Shown here: piece by piece, positions 13,642 through 26,629 of the stretch
Position numbering within the stretch: the stretch's first letter is position 1
How the letters are laid out: every line of letters begins with the position of its first letter
NCBI RefSeq assembly: GCF_006345805.1
Contig: NC_042997.1
Coordinates: forward strand, 151,466,001 to 151,530,000
DNA length: 64,000 bases
Direction of reading: 5' to 3'
Source of the DNA: Octopus sinensis
Lineage: Eukaryota
Program-made: the position numbers and the translations under genes
The notes under the pieces: model-generated
Told to the model about the DNA's origin: nothing
Seen by the model: only the letters and a program-made list of their open reading frames with translations
The model's database searches: none

Positions 13642-15129
13642 CCATCAGAGCATCACAACAAATCACAGCACATACCCAAGGCACACAGAGCTGCGCTCGG
13701 TAGTGAAGTGAAAGCACGCTATAAAAATAAAACTACTGAATAATAATAATAATAATATAATAACAATAATAATAATTATTATTTCAAATTTTGGCACAGC
13801 ACCAGCAATTGGGGAGTAGGTAGTCGATTATATTAATTCCAGTAATAGACCGGACCTATGTGTTGCCCTAAACGACAAAAGGCTAAGCTGACCTCAGAGC
13901 GTAAAGCTGGGTGAAGTGAAGCCGAGCATTTTTTCTGATATGCTAACGATTCAGCCATCTCACAGCCCTAGCAACAATCATAATGATGAATTTAATATTG
14001 ACATAGACGTAGAATCAGGAAAGTAGGGATAGTCCACTTAGTAATTTAATAGTACTTAATTTTTTCGGGCTTAGATTCAAGGAATCAAATTTGATTAACT
14101 CAGAATATACCGAAGCGGAATAAATAAGGCAAGGATATTTTGTCCATGCACTAATACTTCTTTCAATCTTATTATTAATTCTTAATATTGGCACAAGACC
14201 ATCCTTTTTTTAAGGGGTTAGTGCTAGCGATGAAATTGACTCTAGTCTTGGATGTACTTTAGTGTATCGATTATGGAAGGATGAATGGAGAAGTTGATCT
14301 CTGTGTAGTTATTCCACGAGGAATTTTGTCTCCTTTTCCGTTTCTGATTTTCAATAATAAAATAAATTATTATCACATTTATCATATCAGTACTTGTTCA
14401 GGCAGTAGAAAGAGTAAAGATAGTAGTTCTTGCATTAATGGCTGTTTCAATAGCATCAAAAACAAAAGCATACATCAATGTTCAGAATTGTAAGGCAGTG
14501 GGTATCCAGCAGCAGAACCTAATATTGATTGAGGCTACAGCAGTGGTAATAACAATAGCACTGCTAGAATGAGTAAGGTGCAGGAACATGAATAGGAGCT
14601 GAAGTAAATGGCGGATTGCATAAACAGCAGTAGAGAATGGAGCAAGAGTAAGAACATCAGCAATAGAAGTAACAGTAGCAGTAGTGGTAATAATAATAGC
14701 AGCAAGAATGGTAGAATAAAAAAGATAAACAAATAAGTAATGAAATATCACATGTATGGAACACTATTCATTACACCATGGTTATTAACAACAAACTAGT
14801 GAGTTTTGTACTTCACTGGGGTGCCAGAGGGATGGATTTTCTTGTACGAAAGTAAATGTTTAAAAAAAATGAAATGTTTTATGGGGAAATATGTTAGGAA
14901 TTATTGAATAACTATGTAGTATTGTGTCGTAAACTAATATTCATTTGATTCCTGAATATCACTTCACTAATCCCAATTAATTACAAACAAAAGAAAATAG
15001 GAATATCCTCTACGTTGTCTTTAAACAGAAGAAAAATAGCAACCTCATAGCTCTCAAAACATACATACATACATGCATACATACATACATACATACATGC
15101 ATACATACATACATACATACATACATACA

Positions 15130-15163
<34 letters not shown>

Positions 15164-15174
15164 ATACATACATA

Positions 15175-15275
15175 TGAGGGGTGTATGAAAGACTTGAACC
15201 TCTGAAAAACATGGTACAAGACTTCTGATGATGGTACAAGGCTTCAAGGCTCAAAACATTTCATATGCTCCCTCG
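15175..15275. mobile_element. About 100-bp mariner-type MITE in (CATA)n
   Basis: TA|TGAGGGGTGTATGAAA ... TTTCATATGCTCCCTCG|TA: degenerate TIRs resembling the CGAGGGG end of the element at 53712, with TA on both sides. Confidence 0.5.
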
Positions 15276-15339
15276 TACATACATACATGCATACATACAT
15301 ACATACATACATACATACATACATACATACATACATACA

Positions 15340-15370
<31 letters not shown>

Positions 15371-15859
15371 GCAATACGTATGAGAATACATACATAAAGC
15401 AAAACACGCATACATACAAAAATACCTTGTTGAAGTTGAAATTCTAACCTTGAATCTAAGTTAGAAACCGGCTCTTTCTCTATTGACACGAACTCTTCAA
15501 ATAATACTGAACAATGACATACATATATGCATATGAGCATGTCTAGATATGCAACGATATGCATGAGAATACATACATAAAACAAAACATACAATTATCC
15601 AAACATGCATACATACATACATACATACATACATACAACATACATACATACATATATACATTATTACAGCCTCCTGCCACTCAGCAATAGTGTTCAAAAA
15701 CCTAATAAAAGGTATCAGTAAAGGAATATCTTCAAATAAAGATATTTTCTTCAAATAAAGAATTTCGATCTTATCTTCAAATAAAGATATTTACAATGAG
15801 GCGCTAGCGGCCAGCGTGTTAAAGTACCATATATTATATACACCAGGATCGAGCAACCA

Positions 15860-16800
15860 TAAAAGGAAACGCCACCGCAAGACCTTATGGTTCACTCCCT
15901 CCTTCTCCCTAAACGTTTGAACATGCATAGGTAAGATTTTCCTTATTTTTGTTGATAAGCATTTTCATGCTATCACACAAATATAGAAAGGTCTTTAACA
16001 GACATAATTTAAGGATCTATTTCAGTTGCACACCCAATGTTACGAAAATATTACTTAGCTCTCTTAAACCACGGACAGAGGCAGGTTCGTCATGCAGAAT
16101 TAGAAATGAATGCCCAGTGGACGGCCGATGTAATACCGAGGCTACAGTGTACCAAGCAATGGTAGCCTCAAACAAGGGCAGCACAAATATCAATAACATC
16201 AATGCCAAAGCAGGGACACACACGCTAAAATTTATGTCGGATCTAGTGAATCCAAATTTAAAATTAGTCTGAACAACCACAGATCTTCTTTTAGGAGAGA
16301 CGCAACACAACGATACTTACAGCATACATATGGCACCTAAAGGACGATCATACGCCCTTTAGCACCATGTGGAAATTAGTAGAAACTTGTGGACCCTATA
16401 GCAATGGAACAAGGCTAAGCAAATTGTGTGTAGCAAAAACATATATAATACTTATGAACTCAAATGAGCCAGGAGGCTACCTGAACTCCAGGACGAAAGC
16501 CGTTGGGAGTTGTCCACATTATCGGAAATGTTTACTTCAAAACTGGAAAACCTAGCTATCAAGCGAAGGAAGACAACTCGGCCGGCTATAATTTTTCAAG
16601 GGCAATATTTCTTCAACTATCACCGGCGTTTTTGTGGTTTTAACAAACATTCTTTGCAGAGAACAGTTATCGCTTAGAGAAACTGAAGATATGTCTAATC
16701 TAGTTCACGCTAAGTATGAAACCAACGGATTTTTTTTCACTAAAAACTGTTACTTTACACATACAGAACTAAACAACTGGTCTATATATTATAGATTATG
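15860..16800 (+). mobile_element. Penelope-like (Neptune-type, Cys-rich linker) element relic with 3' non-coding tail, followed by (TA)n
   Basis: KRKRHRKTLWFTPSFSLNV, YRKVFNRHNLRIYFSC, CRIRNECPVDGRC..VYQA and WKLVETCGPYSNG..KLCV motifs match the PLE RT-thumb/GIY-YIG region. Confidence 0.8.
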
Positions 16801-16838
16801 CCCTTTTTCTGATTTATGATCTTATAATGAATATATAT

Positions 16839-16890
<52 letters not shown>

Positions 16891-16892
16891 CA

Positions 16893-16938
<46 letters not shown>

Positions 16939-16939
<1 letters not shown>

Positions 16940-17021
16940 TTTATTTAAAGCATATTACTCTACCACTGGTATTTGAGTAATCTTTTTTTCCACCTTGTTT
17001 CACATTTATGTGTTTACTCCG

Positions 17022-17025
<4 letters not shown>
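16939..17025. mobile_element. Solo terminal arm of the (TA)n-associated palindromic family at 63690-64000
   Basis: AAAGCATATTACTCTACCACTGGTATTTGAGTAATCTTTTTTCCACCTTGTTTCACATTTATGTG closely matches 63937-64000; (TA)n on both sides. Confidence 0.8.
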
Positions 17026-17070
<45 letters not shown>

Positions 17071-17425
17071 CCTTTAATGGAAATGCTGTGTGTATATATG
17101 TATATATGTGTGGGTTTGTGTGCGTGTGTATATATGTATATGTGTATGTAAGTATGTATGTACATATGCATGCATGTATGTATGTATGTGAATGTACGTA
17201 TATTTATGTATGCATTTTCATGCATCTAGTTGCATATCTAGACATATATTTAAATGATAAAATTCTGAAAAAAATTTTTCAGATTTTTACAGTTCCAGTG
17301 ATGGATTGCATCTGTAATCTTCGAATTAGCCTTGTCGTTTCCGGTTTTGAGAAGCCTAATTTCTCAAGATTGTAATTTAGGCAATGTGTTACATACATAA
17401 ACCAGGGCCCCAGTATGTATGTATG

Positions 17426-17459
<34 letters not shown>

Positions 17460-17758
17460 TGTATGTATGTATGTATGTATGGATGGATGGATGGATGTAT
17501 GTATGTATGTATGTATGTATGCATGTATGTATGTGTGTATGTGTGTATGTATGTATGTATGTATGTCTCAACATGCTATAAATTCCAACTGAATTTTCTT
17601 TTAAAGCGCGTCAACATGTATTGGGAATTATAGATAACAATATATCAATTTATTATCTTGCCATTACAGTTATTATATAGTATAAATTTATTATTCTTTG
17701 AAATATATAAACTTCAGTGTTGAGGCTTAATGAGTTTCTCTCGGCATAGTGATTCGAA

Positions 17759-18221
<463 letters not shown>

Positions 18222-18329
18222 AAGAGGGAGAGAGAGTTTTTAAAGTAATGTACAGATATTGTATATTTAGAATAATAAGGTAGTCATAATGTTGGATATC
18301 TATGTATATTTTCATTTACATTTTATTTA

Positions 18330-18372
18330 CACTTTTAGGGCTTTCTTCCCTTATCGGATTCATCAAAAAGTG
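18330..18372 (-). ncRNA. Degenerate minimal type I hammerhead ribozyme motif
   Basis: CACUUU-UUGAUGA-AUCCGAUAAGGGAA-GAAA-GCCCU-A-AAAGUG: 6-bp helix I (CACUUU/AAAGUG), C3U core change, partial helix II. Confidence 0.5.
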
Positions 18373-18396
18373 GCTTAAAGTTAAATTTCTTACTCT

Positions 18397-18591
18397 TTTA
18401 CTTGTTTCAGTCATTTGACTGCGGCCATGCTGCGGCACCACCTTTGGTCGAGCAAATCGACCCGAGGACTTATTCTTTGTAAGCCTAGTACTTATTCTAT
18501 CGGTCCTTTTTGCCGAAACGCTAATTTACGGGGACGTAAATACACCAGCATTGGTTGTCAAGCGATGTTGGGAGGATAAACAGACACACAA

Positions 18592-18612
<21 letters not shown>
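18397..18612 (-). mobile_element. 3' half of a CORE-type tRNA SINE (same family as 50874-51295)
   Basis: Reverse complement of 51085-51295. Confidence 0.8.
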
Positions 18613-18667
<55 letters not shown>

Positions 18668-18729
18668 TTTTTTCGTAATGAGATAAAAAACCCAAGGCTG
18701 TTTAGATATTAGAGCATTTATAAATAGAA

Positions 18730-18784
18730 GGTCTTACACCTGTTTCTAGGATATCAATTAATTATATCCCTTCATCGACGACGG
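18730..18784 (-). ncRNA. Degenerate hammerhead-like motif in a repeat shared with 38950-39035
   Basis: UCGAUGA-AGGGAUAU..AUAUCCUA-GAAAC-AGGU-GUA-AGAC; 6-bp helix II; helix III one change from palindrome ACAGCUGU. Confidence 0.45.
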
Positions 18785-18843
18785 TGTGAGAGGAAAAATT
18801 AAGTCATAGTTTGATTCGATGTGCTACAAATAGAGAGTGGGGA

Positions 18844-19480
18844 TCTTTTTCGCTTCGACCGGCAGATTTAATTTCCATGTAACTAAAAAAATTTAAACTT
18901 CGTATACTGTTAGAATGTGTTTATAAAACATCTTTTTCTCTTGGCTTTCTTGAGAAAATTCTGTAGTTTGTAAGATATCTGTAAGATATTTTCTTCAATT
19001 TCCGCAATTTCAACCAATCAATGACGTCTATTGAGGTGAAAACGATTTCTGCCGTAGAGTGTAAACAACATTTTCTGGCGGTGTCATATGAAAATGTCAC
19101 CCATAATTATGACCCTAGTCTATTGCATTTCAATCTGTTTTAGGGTTAGGGTTAGAGTTAGGGTTAGGGTTAGTGGTGGGGGAAGGGTATATATTTTTCT
19201 TCAGAAATGTAAATAAACCCAATCTGTTTCTTAAACGAGGGACATTTTCATATGACACCGCCAGAAAATGTTTACGGCAGAGAATGTTTTCACCTCAATA
19301 GATGTCATTGATTGGTTGAAATCGCCGAAATTGAAGAAAATATCTTACAAACTACAGAATTTTCGCAAGAATGCCAAGAGAAAAGGATGTTTTATAAACA
19401 CATTCTACCAGTATACGAAATTTAAAAGTGTTTAGTTACATGGAAATTATTTTTAAAATCTGCCGGTCAAAGCGAAAAGA
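18844..19480. mobile_element. Fold-back/MITE-like element with about 260-bp imperfect TIRs and internal (TTAGGG)n
   Basis: Ends TCTTTTTCGCTTCGACCGGCAG / CTGCCGGTCAAAGCGAAAAGA; arms are complementary up to ATATGAAAATGTC / GACATTTTCATAT; telomere-like repeats at 19140-19173. Confidence 0.85.
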
Positions 19481-20621
19481 GAGTGAAGTGGAGGAAAGAA
19501 AATAGATGTAAGATATGTATGGTTATTGTATTTGTAAATCCGTTTTATAGGCATAATGGTATATATGTGTAATATTCCAATATCCTTTGAGTAAAGTCCA
19601 AAAGTCCAACAGAGTTTAATATGAGTCATTCTCTTAAAATTGGTTATTCCCCGTAGGGAATTTATATCGAGTGTAGCAGATTCAAGGTTTCTGTTTAAAC
19701 TGACCTAGAAAAAGGGAGTGTAATAGTATGGTCAAATTGAAAAGAGGGAGAGAGGAATGACAAAAAAAATAGAGAAAAAGAGGAGGGAGAAAAAGGCGGA
19801 GAGAAAGAAAGAAGATTAGTGAAAACAAAAAACAAAATAAAGAATAAAACCCCGAAGGTATGAATAAAAGGAATAAGGACAAAAAAACAGAAAAATTACG
19901 ATATAGGCTGGTCAGTGGTCAGTGGAGACAGTTTGAAAATAGGAGTGGAGATAGAGAGAGAAAGGTATTATAGTATAAATGATAGAGGAATGAAGGTGTG
20001 GAGAGGTAGAGGAAGTACTAAGTGTAGTGGTAACTTTTAATTGTGAGGCAAATATGTGAAGAATTAAGAATTAAGGAAATAGCAGTATTAATTATTCTGA
20101 AAACATATTTATGTGAATATGTATATACATTTATATATCAGATAAGTTACAGAGATAAGGTACAAATACAATCCTCGTGTATCATCGTTCCTACATATGC
20201 AGTTATCTATATTTTGCATGTGTATAAATGTTTACATATACCCACATGCATGCATACATGCATACCCTCACCCGAACATATATACGCGCGCATGGGTGTA
20301 TGCGTGTAAACGAATATAATCAGATGGTTGCATATGTGAGAAACTAGATAGGGGTTATGAGTTAGAGTGTAGATTTATGGGTTAATGGGATTACCTAACG
20401 ACGGGCTTCTTTCAGTTTCCGCCTACCAAATCAGCTAACAAGTCATAACATGCCGGCGGGAAATAAGATCACTAGGTGAGACAAGCTGGCACTGAATCAG
20501 CTTCGCTGACTGACAGGTGACGGTCGTTTAGAAAATGCGCGGGCTAAAACTACGCGCCTTCATTAGTCAGTTAAGGTGAGACTATTCACGTGACAACTTG
20601 CTGGTCTGCCTGCTGGAGCCT

Positions 20622-20785
20622 GAGGCCGAGCTGGCAGAATCGTTAGCATGCCGGGCGAAATGCGTAGCCGTATTTCGTCCGCCGTTTCGTTCTGAGTTCA
20701 AATTCCGCCGAGGTCGACTTTGCCTTTCATCCTTTCGGGGTCGATTAAATAAGTACCAGTTACGCACTGGGGTGTCAGACTCAAA
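20622..20785 (+). mobile_element. tRNA-derived SINE family A (abundant; further copies near 6670, 7200, 13790, 21620, 21870, 29210, 36010, 51420, 51575, 52650)
   Basis: A-box-like GAGCTGGCAGAATCG, B-box GAGTTCAAATTC, conserved body GCCGAGGTCGACTTTGCCTTTCATCCTTTCGGGGTCGATTAAATAAGTACCAG. Confidence 0.85.
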
Positions 20786-20861
20786 CACACACATACACAC
20801 TCACACATAAATATATGTACACACACACACACATGTATTTATGTATATGTGTGTGTGTGTA

Positions 20862-20990
20862 TACGATGGGCTTCTGTCAGTTTTCTACTAAATCCACTCA
20901 CAAGGCTTTGGTCGGCCTGAGGTTATAGAAGAAGACACTTGCCCATTTTGCCATAATTTGGGACTGAACCCGGTACCATGTGGCTGTGAA
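20862..20990 (-). mobile_element. 5' half of a CORE-type tRNA SINE
   Basis: Reverse complement of the head and CORE region of 50874-51050. Confidence 0.75.
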
Positions 20991-22299
20991 TTATGTTTCT
21001 TACTGATAACCACACCTGCTTCTATGTATATATTTATATGCACAGTTTATGTATGTTGGCCATTAGAAAACACTGCTGCAATTTAAACCTCTTTGCATTT
21101 AAATCGAATATAATCTTCCCCATTCGATATATAGAGAACGCCAAAATAAGTACAAGCGCCGATTTGGTGAACCTCAAGTGGTACACCAGCGTGGCTTCAA
21201 TCAGAATCAAGACAGAGAGAGAAAGAATGAATATTTCGTACACTAAGATGTCAGAAGCTGTAGCACGTTCGATGGTCAACAATTTTTTACAGTATTATGT
21301 TTTGTACCTCTTTCATAACTCTTGTACCGATATAATATACCAGTGAAATACTACAGTGATAATACAACTAACAAATTACTAATATTTTCGTATGCGTATA
21401 TATATATATATAGACTCAGAGTAAAAGAGAGAAAAAGAGTGAAGGAATGAGAGAGGGAAGCAAAGATACCCTTGTTATTTTGGTTGAATTTTTTTTTCTA
21501 ACACCAGTGCCATTCTGATACAGCAGACCTTATATGGAAGACTTTCAACAATGACCCCGCTGCCCTTTTATAACAGACACATTATATATAGGATTGCCTT
21601 ATCTAACGTAATATTGAAGTCGGAGTGAATGTAGATTCGTTAGCAAGCCAGACAAAAGACTTACTGAAATTTCTTCCGGCTGTACGTTCTAAGTTGAAAA
21701 GTTGCCGAGGTTGACTTTGCATATCATTGTTTCGAGAGCAACATAATAAAGTACCAGTGTCAAGGACTCGGGCTAACGTAATCGTTTCGCCCTCCCCCCA
21801 ACAAAAAAAAAATTCGGGTCGGGCCTGCGCATAGAGCAGACTCGATTATCTACTAAACGTTTGAAGGCGGTCAACTGGCAGATTCCTTGGCATGTCGGAT
21901 GAAAAATTCTTAGCGGCAGTTTTTCCGGTTCTATATGTTCTGAGATCGAATTCCGACACGTTTATTTTTCATCCTTTCGGGATTGGTAAATAAATCTACT
22001 AATTAAAAACGCGATTTAATGTAATCAAACAAATCTTCTCCTTTAAAATTTTGGGCCATGTGCCTACGGAAATATTTCAATTTTACACTTCAACTTTTTT
22101 TGAAGGAAGAAGCTGAAAAGATTTAATGAAAATTTGATCTTCACTTTCCTTCTGTAACAAGTAGACCAACGACATAGAAGCTACCTAATTATACTATACT
22201 AATATATATATATATGTTATATTCTGGTAAATTTATTTCGTCATCCACATATTCTCTTAACAAGCACCAGAATGTGTCTTTGAATTTACTTCAATTGAT

Positions 22300-22568
22300 G
22301 CATCGTTAGAGGCGGAAACAGAAGCAGACATGAATTTGTTGCAGCATATACAGTAGTAGCTGCAGCTCTAGTAGAAGAAGAAGAAGAAAAAGAAGTGGTA
22401 GTAGTAGCACTAGTTGTTTTTGTTGTTGTTGTTGCTGTTGTTAGTGTTATTATTACTATCATCATCATCATTATTACTGGGTTTGTAGTTTTGGTTATAA
22501 CAATACTGGTAATAATAATAATAGCATATAATAATACTAGCAATAATAACAGCATCAGCAGCAGTAGC

Positions 22569-22616
<48 letters not shown>

Positions 22617-22747
22617 TCTTGTTGTTACTTTTGTTGTTGCTGTTGTTAGTGTTAATATTACTATCATCAACACCATTATTACTGGGGTGTAGCTTTGGTT
22701 ATAACGATACTAGTAATAGTAGTAAAAGCAGCAGCAGCAGCAGTAGC

Positions 22748-22796
<49 letters not shown>

Positions 22797-23750
22797 AATG
22801 TTTTTTTTATCATTTATTCTCACTGTGGTGGAATGTGTATTCAAATACAGTAGTGGTTCCCAACAATACATCTGGTAGTAGTAAAATAGGAGACACAAGA
22901 AGTAGCGGTTGCAGCAACACCATTGATTGTAGCAGTAACATATGGAGCAGTAATAGTTCCTGTTGCAACAATACCACTGGAAGTTTCAGCAATAATACGT
23001 GAAGCAGAAGTCGCTGTGTTTTGCAGCAGTAGAATCATTTACTGGTTCAACTGCATGCTTTGTCATTGTCAGCTGCAGTTGTGCCTCTAGCAGTAATAAC
23101 ATTAATTATTTGCAGCAAAGACGAATTCTAAAAGCCGCAGTAGAAAGTGAAGTAGTAGTTGCATGAAATTACTCTGCAGTGGTAGCTGCACTAATATCTC
23201 AGCAGAAAATATACTCTAATAATCACATTAATTACAGTGTTAGGCGAACAAACATTCTTTTTAAATATTTACAGTAGAGGCTGCAAAATAAATGTTGTTA
23301 TATACTGCAGCAGCTTTCGCACAGTTGGAGCCACTTCAAATATGCTTGCAGCAGATATAACATGGTTTCGTGAAGTAGTATTTAGAGTAGAAGCTGCATT
23401 AATTAGCGCATCTAAAGAAATAATATTGCAGTAATCTATTTAAAATGGATACAGCAATATTATACGTTAGTGCAAAAAAGATCTGCTAACAGATATAGCT
23501 TTATCTTGAGTTTTAGGCGACATTAGATATTCTTTTGTGATGTTTTGTTTAGTTTCTACTTGTATATGCAAATATAGATGCATTAATTAAAGTGCAAGCT
23601 GAACCAAAAACTGCAGTTGAATAATTGAAGTTGAGGCTGCATTAACTGTCACTGAAGCAGTATATTCAGCCTATGCTTTAGTGTATCTGTAGGTTCGTGC
23701 AAATGTAAATATCAGACATTGTTGTAGTAGAAATAGCATGATCTCTATAT
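22300..23750. repeat. Long compound and progressively degenerate trinucleotide tract (AGT/AGC/TTG/TAA)
   Basis: Pure (AGT)n blocks at 22560-22615 and 22740-22795 grade into phase-preserving degenerate GCA/GTA sequence with stops in all frames. Confidence 0.75.
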
Positions 23751-26629
23751 CTGCAATTATGCCTACGATTTGTGTGACTTCAGCCATGCTACTATAAGAC
23801 AATATATATATATATATCTCCCAACCAGCTTAGTTAAATTTAATTGTAAGATGCTACGAAAAGATAAATCTTTGTCACTACGAGCAGCTGCAGTAACCTG
23901 TAATTGAGTGTCTTCGTCATTTACGTTTCTGAGTTCATAGAAATAAGTTAGGAAGATATTGGGCTCAAAAATGTGTTTGTACAATTTATAAGTATAGTGC
24001 AAGAGAAATTCTTGAGAAAGGTTTCATAAGATGTAACATAAAAAAAATATGGTATATGATTGATTGTATAGACACTGATTCATTCACTGCTTCTGCAACA
24101 GAATTGAAATGCAAATATATTACCATGAAACTTCGGGTGTAGTAGTTGCTTTTAAAATTGTTCGTTTTGTTGCTTAGCCTAAAGTTGTCTAACCGATCAC
24201 TTATGAATTCATATTATTAATGCAACTATTGTTGATTTGTAGTAATGTTTCCAACTTCTTTGGAATTTTACTGAAACGGAGAAAAACATCACCGCATACA
24301 ATTCATATTATCCAATGTTATTTGTTTAAGACGGTATGGCATAAGTGGAGAGAGATCTGGTTACCAACTACAGCAGGTTAATTGACCATGCAGAGTCACT
24401 TCCGTTTTAGCTGTTGCTGCTTTAATTGATTTCATATCTTAGAAGATGTCACGAATAATATATTCGCCTTGTATTTGAATAAAGTATACTCCGTAATAGT
24501 TTTACTTTGTCAGGTTCATGATCTGTTTAAAGGGTCTAGATTTGAGCTCAACAATGCCTCATCTTCAAGTGGCCCCAATCCAAATGCGTCTCTCAATACT
24601 GCATGTGAAATCTCATATTTCTGAATAGCTTCGCTAGATCGTCAATTTTATATTGTTCTGTCAATAACATTCGTGGAGTTTTCTGCATTTGCACCATTAA
24701 TATCGTGTATTATTCCTAATGATAATACGCTGCTGCTGCTGCTGCTAAGATAGCTAATATAGTGGGCCTTTAAAATCATTTTCATATTTACTTAGCAACT
24801 GAAAGTAAAACTAAACTACTTGGTGCTTGTTCATTATTCTGAGCATTTACAACGAATAATTGAGACAACTCACATTACTACAATGCTACAAACTGTAGGT
24901 CTAACGTTATATTTCCGTTTTGCACTTGTACGGACTAGACGAAAGGGGCAATTCGATGGCCTTTGCAAGGTGTCTGAGTTAAATAACACTGATCCAGTGA
25001 GTGCTCCGTTTAAGCTCTTGGAACGCAACACTTGCAGAAAAGACATGGACAGGGAGGAGATTCCAGGAGGCCCTTAATTTTTTTCTGGCCTTAATGAGAA
25101 TAGTTACGCAATAGGATGCGGTTCTCGTTATGTTAATGATCCAATTTCGGAAAGTTACTCGGTTTTAGTGAACCTAACATTATGTGTGAAAGTGAAGGCT
25201 TTAGATGAATGCTGCTCTTGTTTCGGAGTGTGGTGCGTTGGCATTTACTTAAGTTCATTAATACGACTTTATCAGATTCGCTTTAAATACTGGATGATGT
25301 TACTTTTGTTAGTGTTAGCTCTAGCAGTATTTAATAAAGTAACTCGCTGCAGTTCTGTTTCACAGTTCTTTACAGTTTATCGCATTGTATTTTTCATGAC
25401 CAAGCCATAGGAGAAGAGTGTACTCGATTTCCCACTGTATGGCTCAGGTAACAGACGTTTGTAGTTTTTAATCTCATATGGCATAGATATATCGCATGAA
25501 TCAAAATTTTCCGATAATACTGTGTAGCTCATTAGGTTATAAGATTTGTTACAATATACAAAAAATAGTTTATTAAAACACGTAAACATCAATCAATTTC
25601 AACTCCTAAAATCCCCTACAGCAAAACTCTAAATGTAATCCATCTGAGCAATGCTTCAGACTTGCACGGCATCCCACTTACAAAGAATATCCAACACATT
25701 CTTCTTAAGAATGAATACGAAATACTTCTCTACAAAACCAAAACTCTCCAAGATTTAAAATTTTCCTATTTTCATGTCAGTTGTACCCGTCATATTCTAT
25801 CATTTCTAACTTAGATCAAAAAGCCCTTCAAAGTCCTCACGAAACATTCAGACCCAGTCGTTATCACACACGTCCTTCCACCATCCTCCACGGAGCGGTA
25901 GGACGACTTCCAAACCTTTATGAATGACTTAGAGATATAACTATAACACAAAGAAACAGCTGCAACATCCATGATTCAGACTGAGTGACCTTGCTAGCAT
26001 ATATCTTGCTTCCGCTAATTATTTTGGGTTCCTATCTTGTCACGAAAAAGCTTCAAACTTGTCCCAGTGTACCAACCGGGATGTGAACGCTGAAGAGAAG
26101 GAAATAGCATGAGAGAAGGGAGTGTGTGTGTGTGTGTGTGTGTTTGTGTGTGTGTATGTGCGTGTGTGTGTGTGTGCGTATGAGAGTGCCTGCGTGCATG
26201 TGTACACGTGTGCTGTTAGTCGTTAAAGCTGATAAGACTGAAACAAAGTTAAAAGAAATTCCTAACTCGACAACCGGGCACACAATTTAGTCCAGGTATT
26301 AAACTCACGACCTAACACAGCAGCCTAAACGTCAGGCTCCTTTACAACAGATAATATTAATACAACCAATCACTGAACTCACCAACAAAAACATACAATA
26401 CACAGAAAAGACATTTCGATTGCGCACAGAAGACTTCGTAAACAAAATGGAAAGTCAAAAATTCTAAGAAACTTGAAAGGCATCCTATTTGGCGAAAGAA
26501 AAGAGAGAAAAATGTGACATGTAAATAGCAGAATAGACCGAAAATGAATTACGATAGCATCTCCTGGAATAACTTTGATGAGAAATCTACTACATCAGAT
26601 TTAAAAGCGTAAAGTTCTTTCTCGAATCA

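Larger units (their letters stand above)
9564..13738 (+). mobile_element. R4/Dong-like non-LTR retrotransposon, copy 2; apparently full length with several stops/frameshifts, inserted in (TAA)n
   Basis: 5' tandem array, then ORF pieces 9999-10478 (RRKWTREE N-terminal domain), 11016-11414, 11415-12137 (RT), 12170-12391 and 12415-13641 (CCHC + endonuclease); about 100-bp 3' UTR; (AAT)n on both sides. Confidence 0.93.

Noticed and set aside
21170-21295. Possible Tc3-like HTH relic (MNISYTKMSEAVARSMVNNFL)
   Set aside because: Resemblance too weak and no downstream DDE motifs.
24512-24625. Possible plus-strand exon VHDLFKGSRFELNNASSSSGPNPNASLNTAC
   Set aside because: Short, unrecognised and unsupported by other exons.
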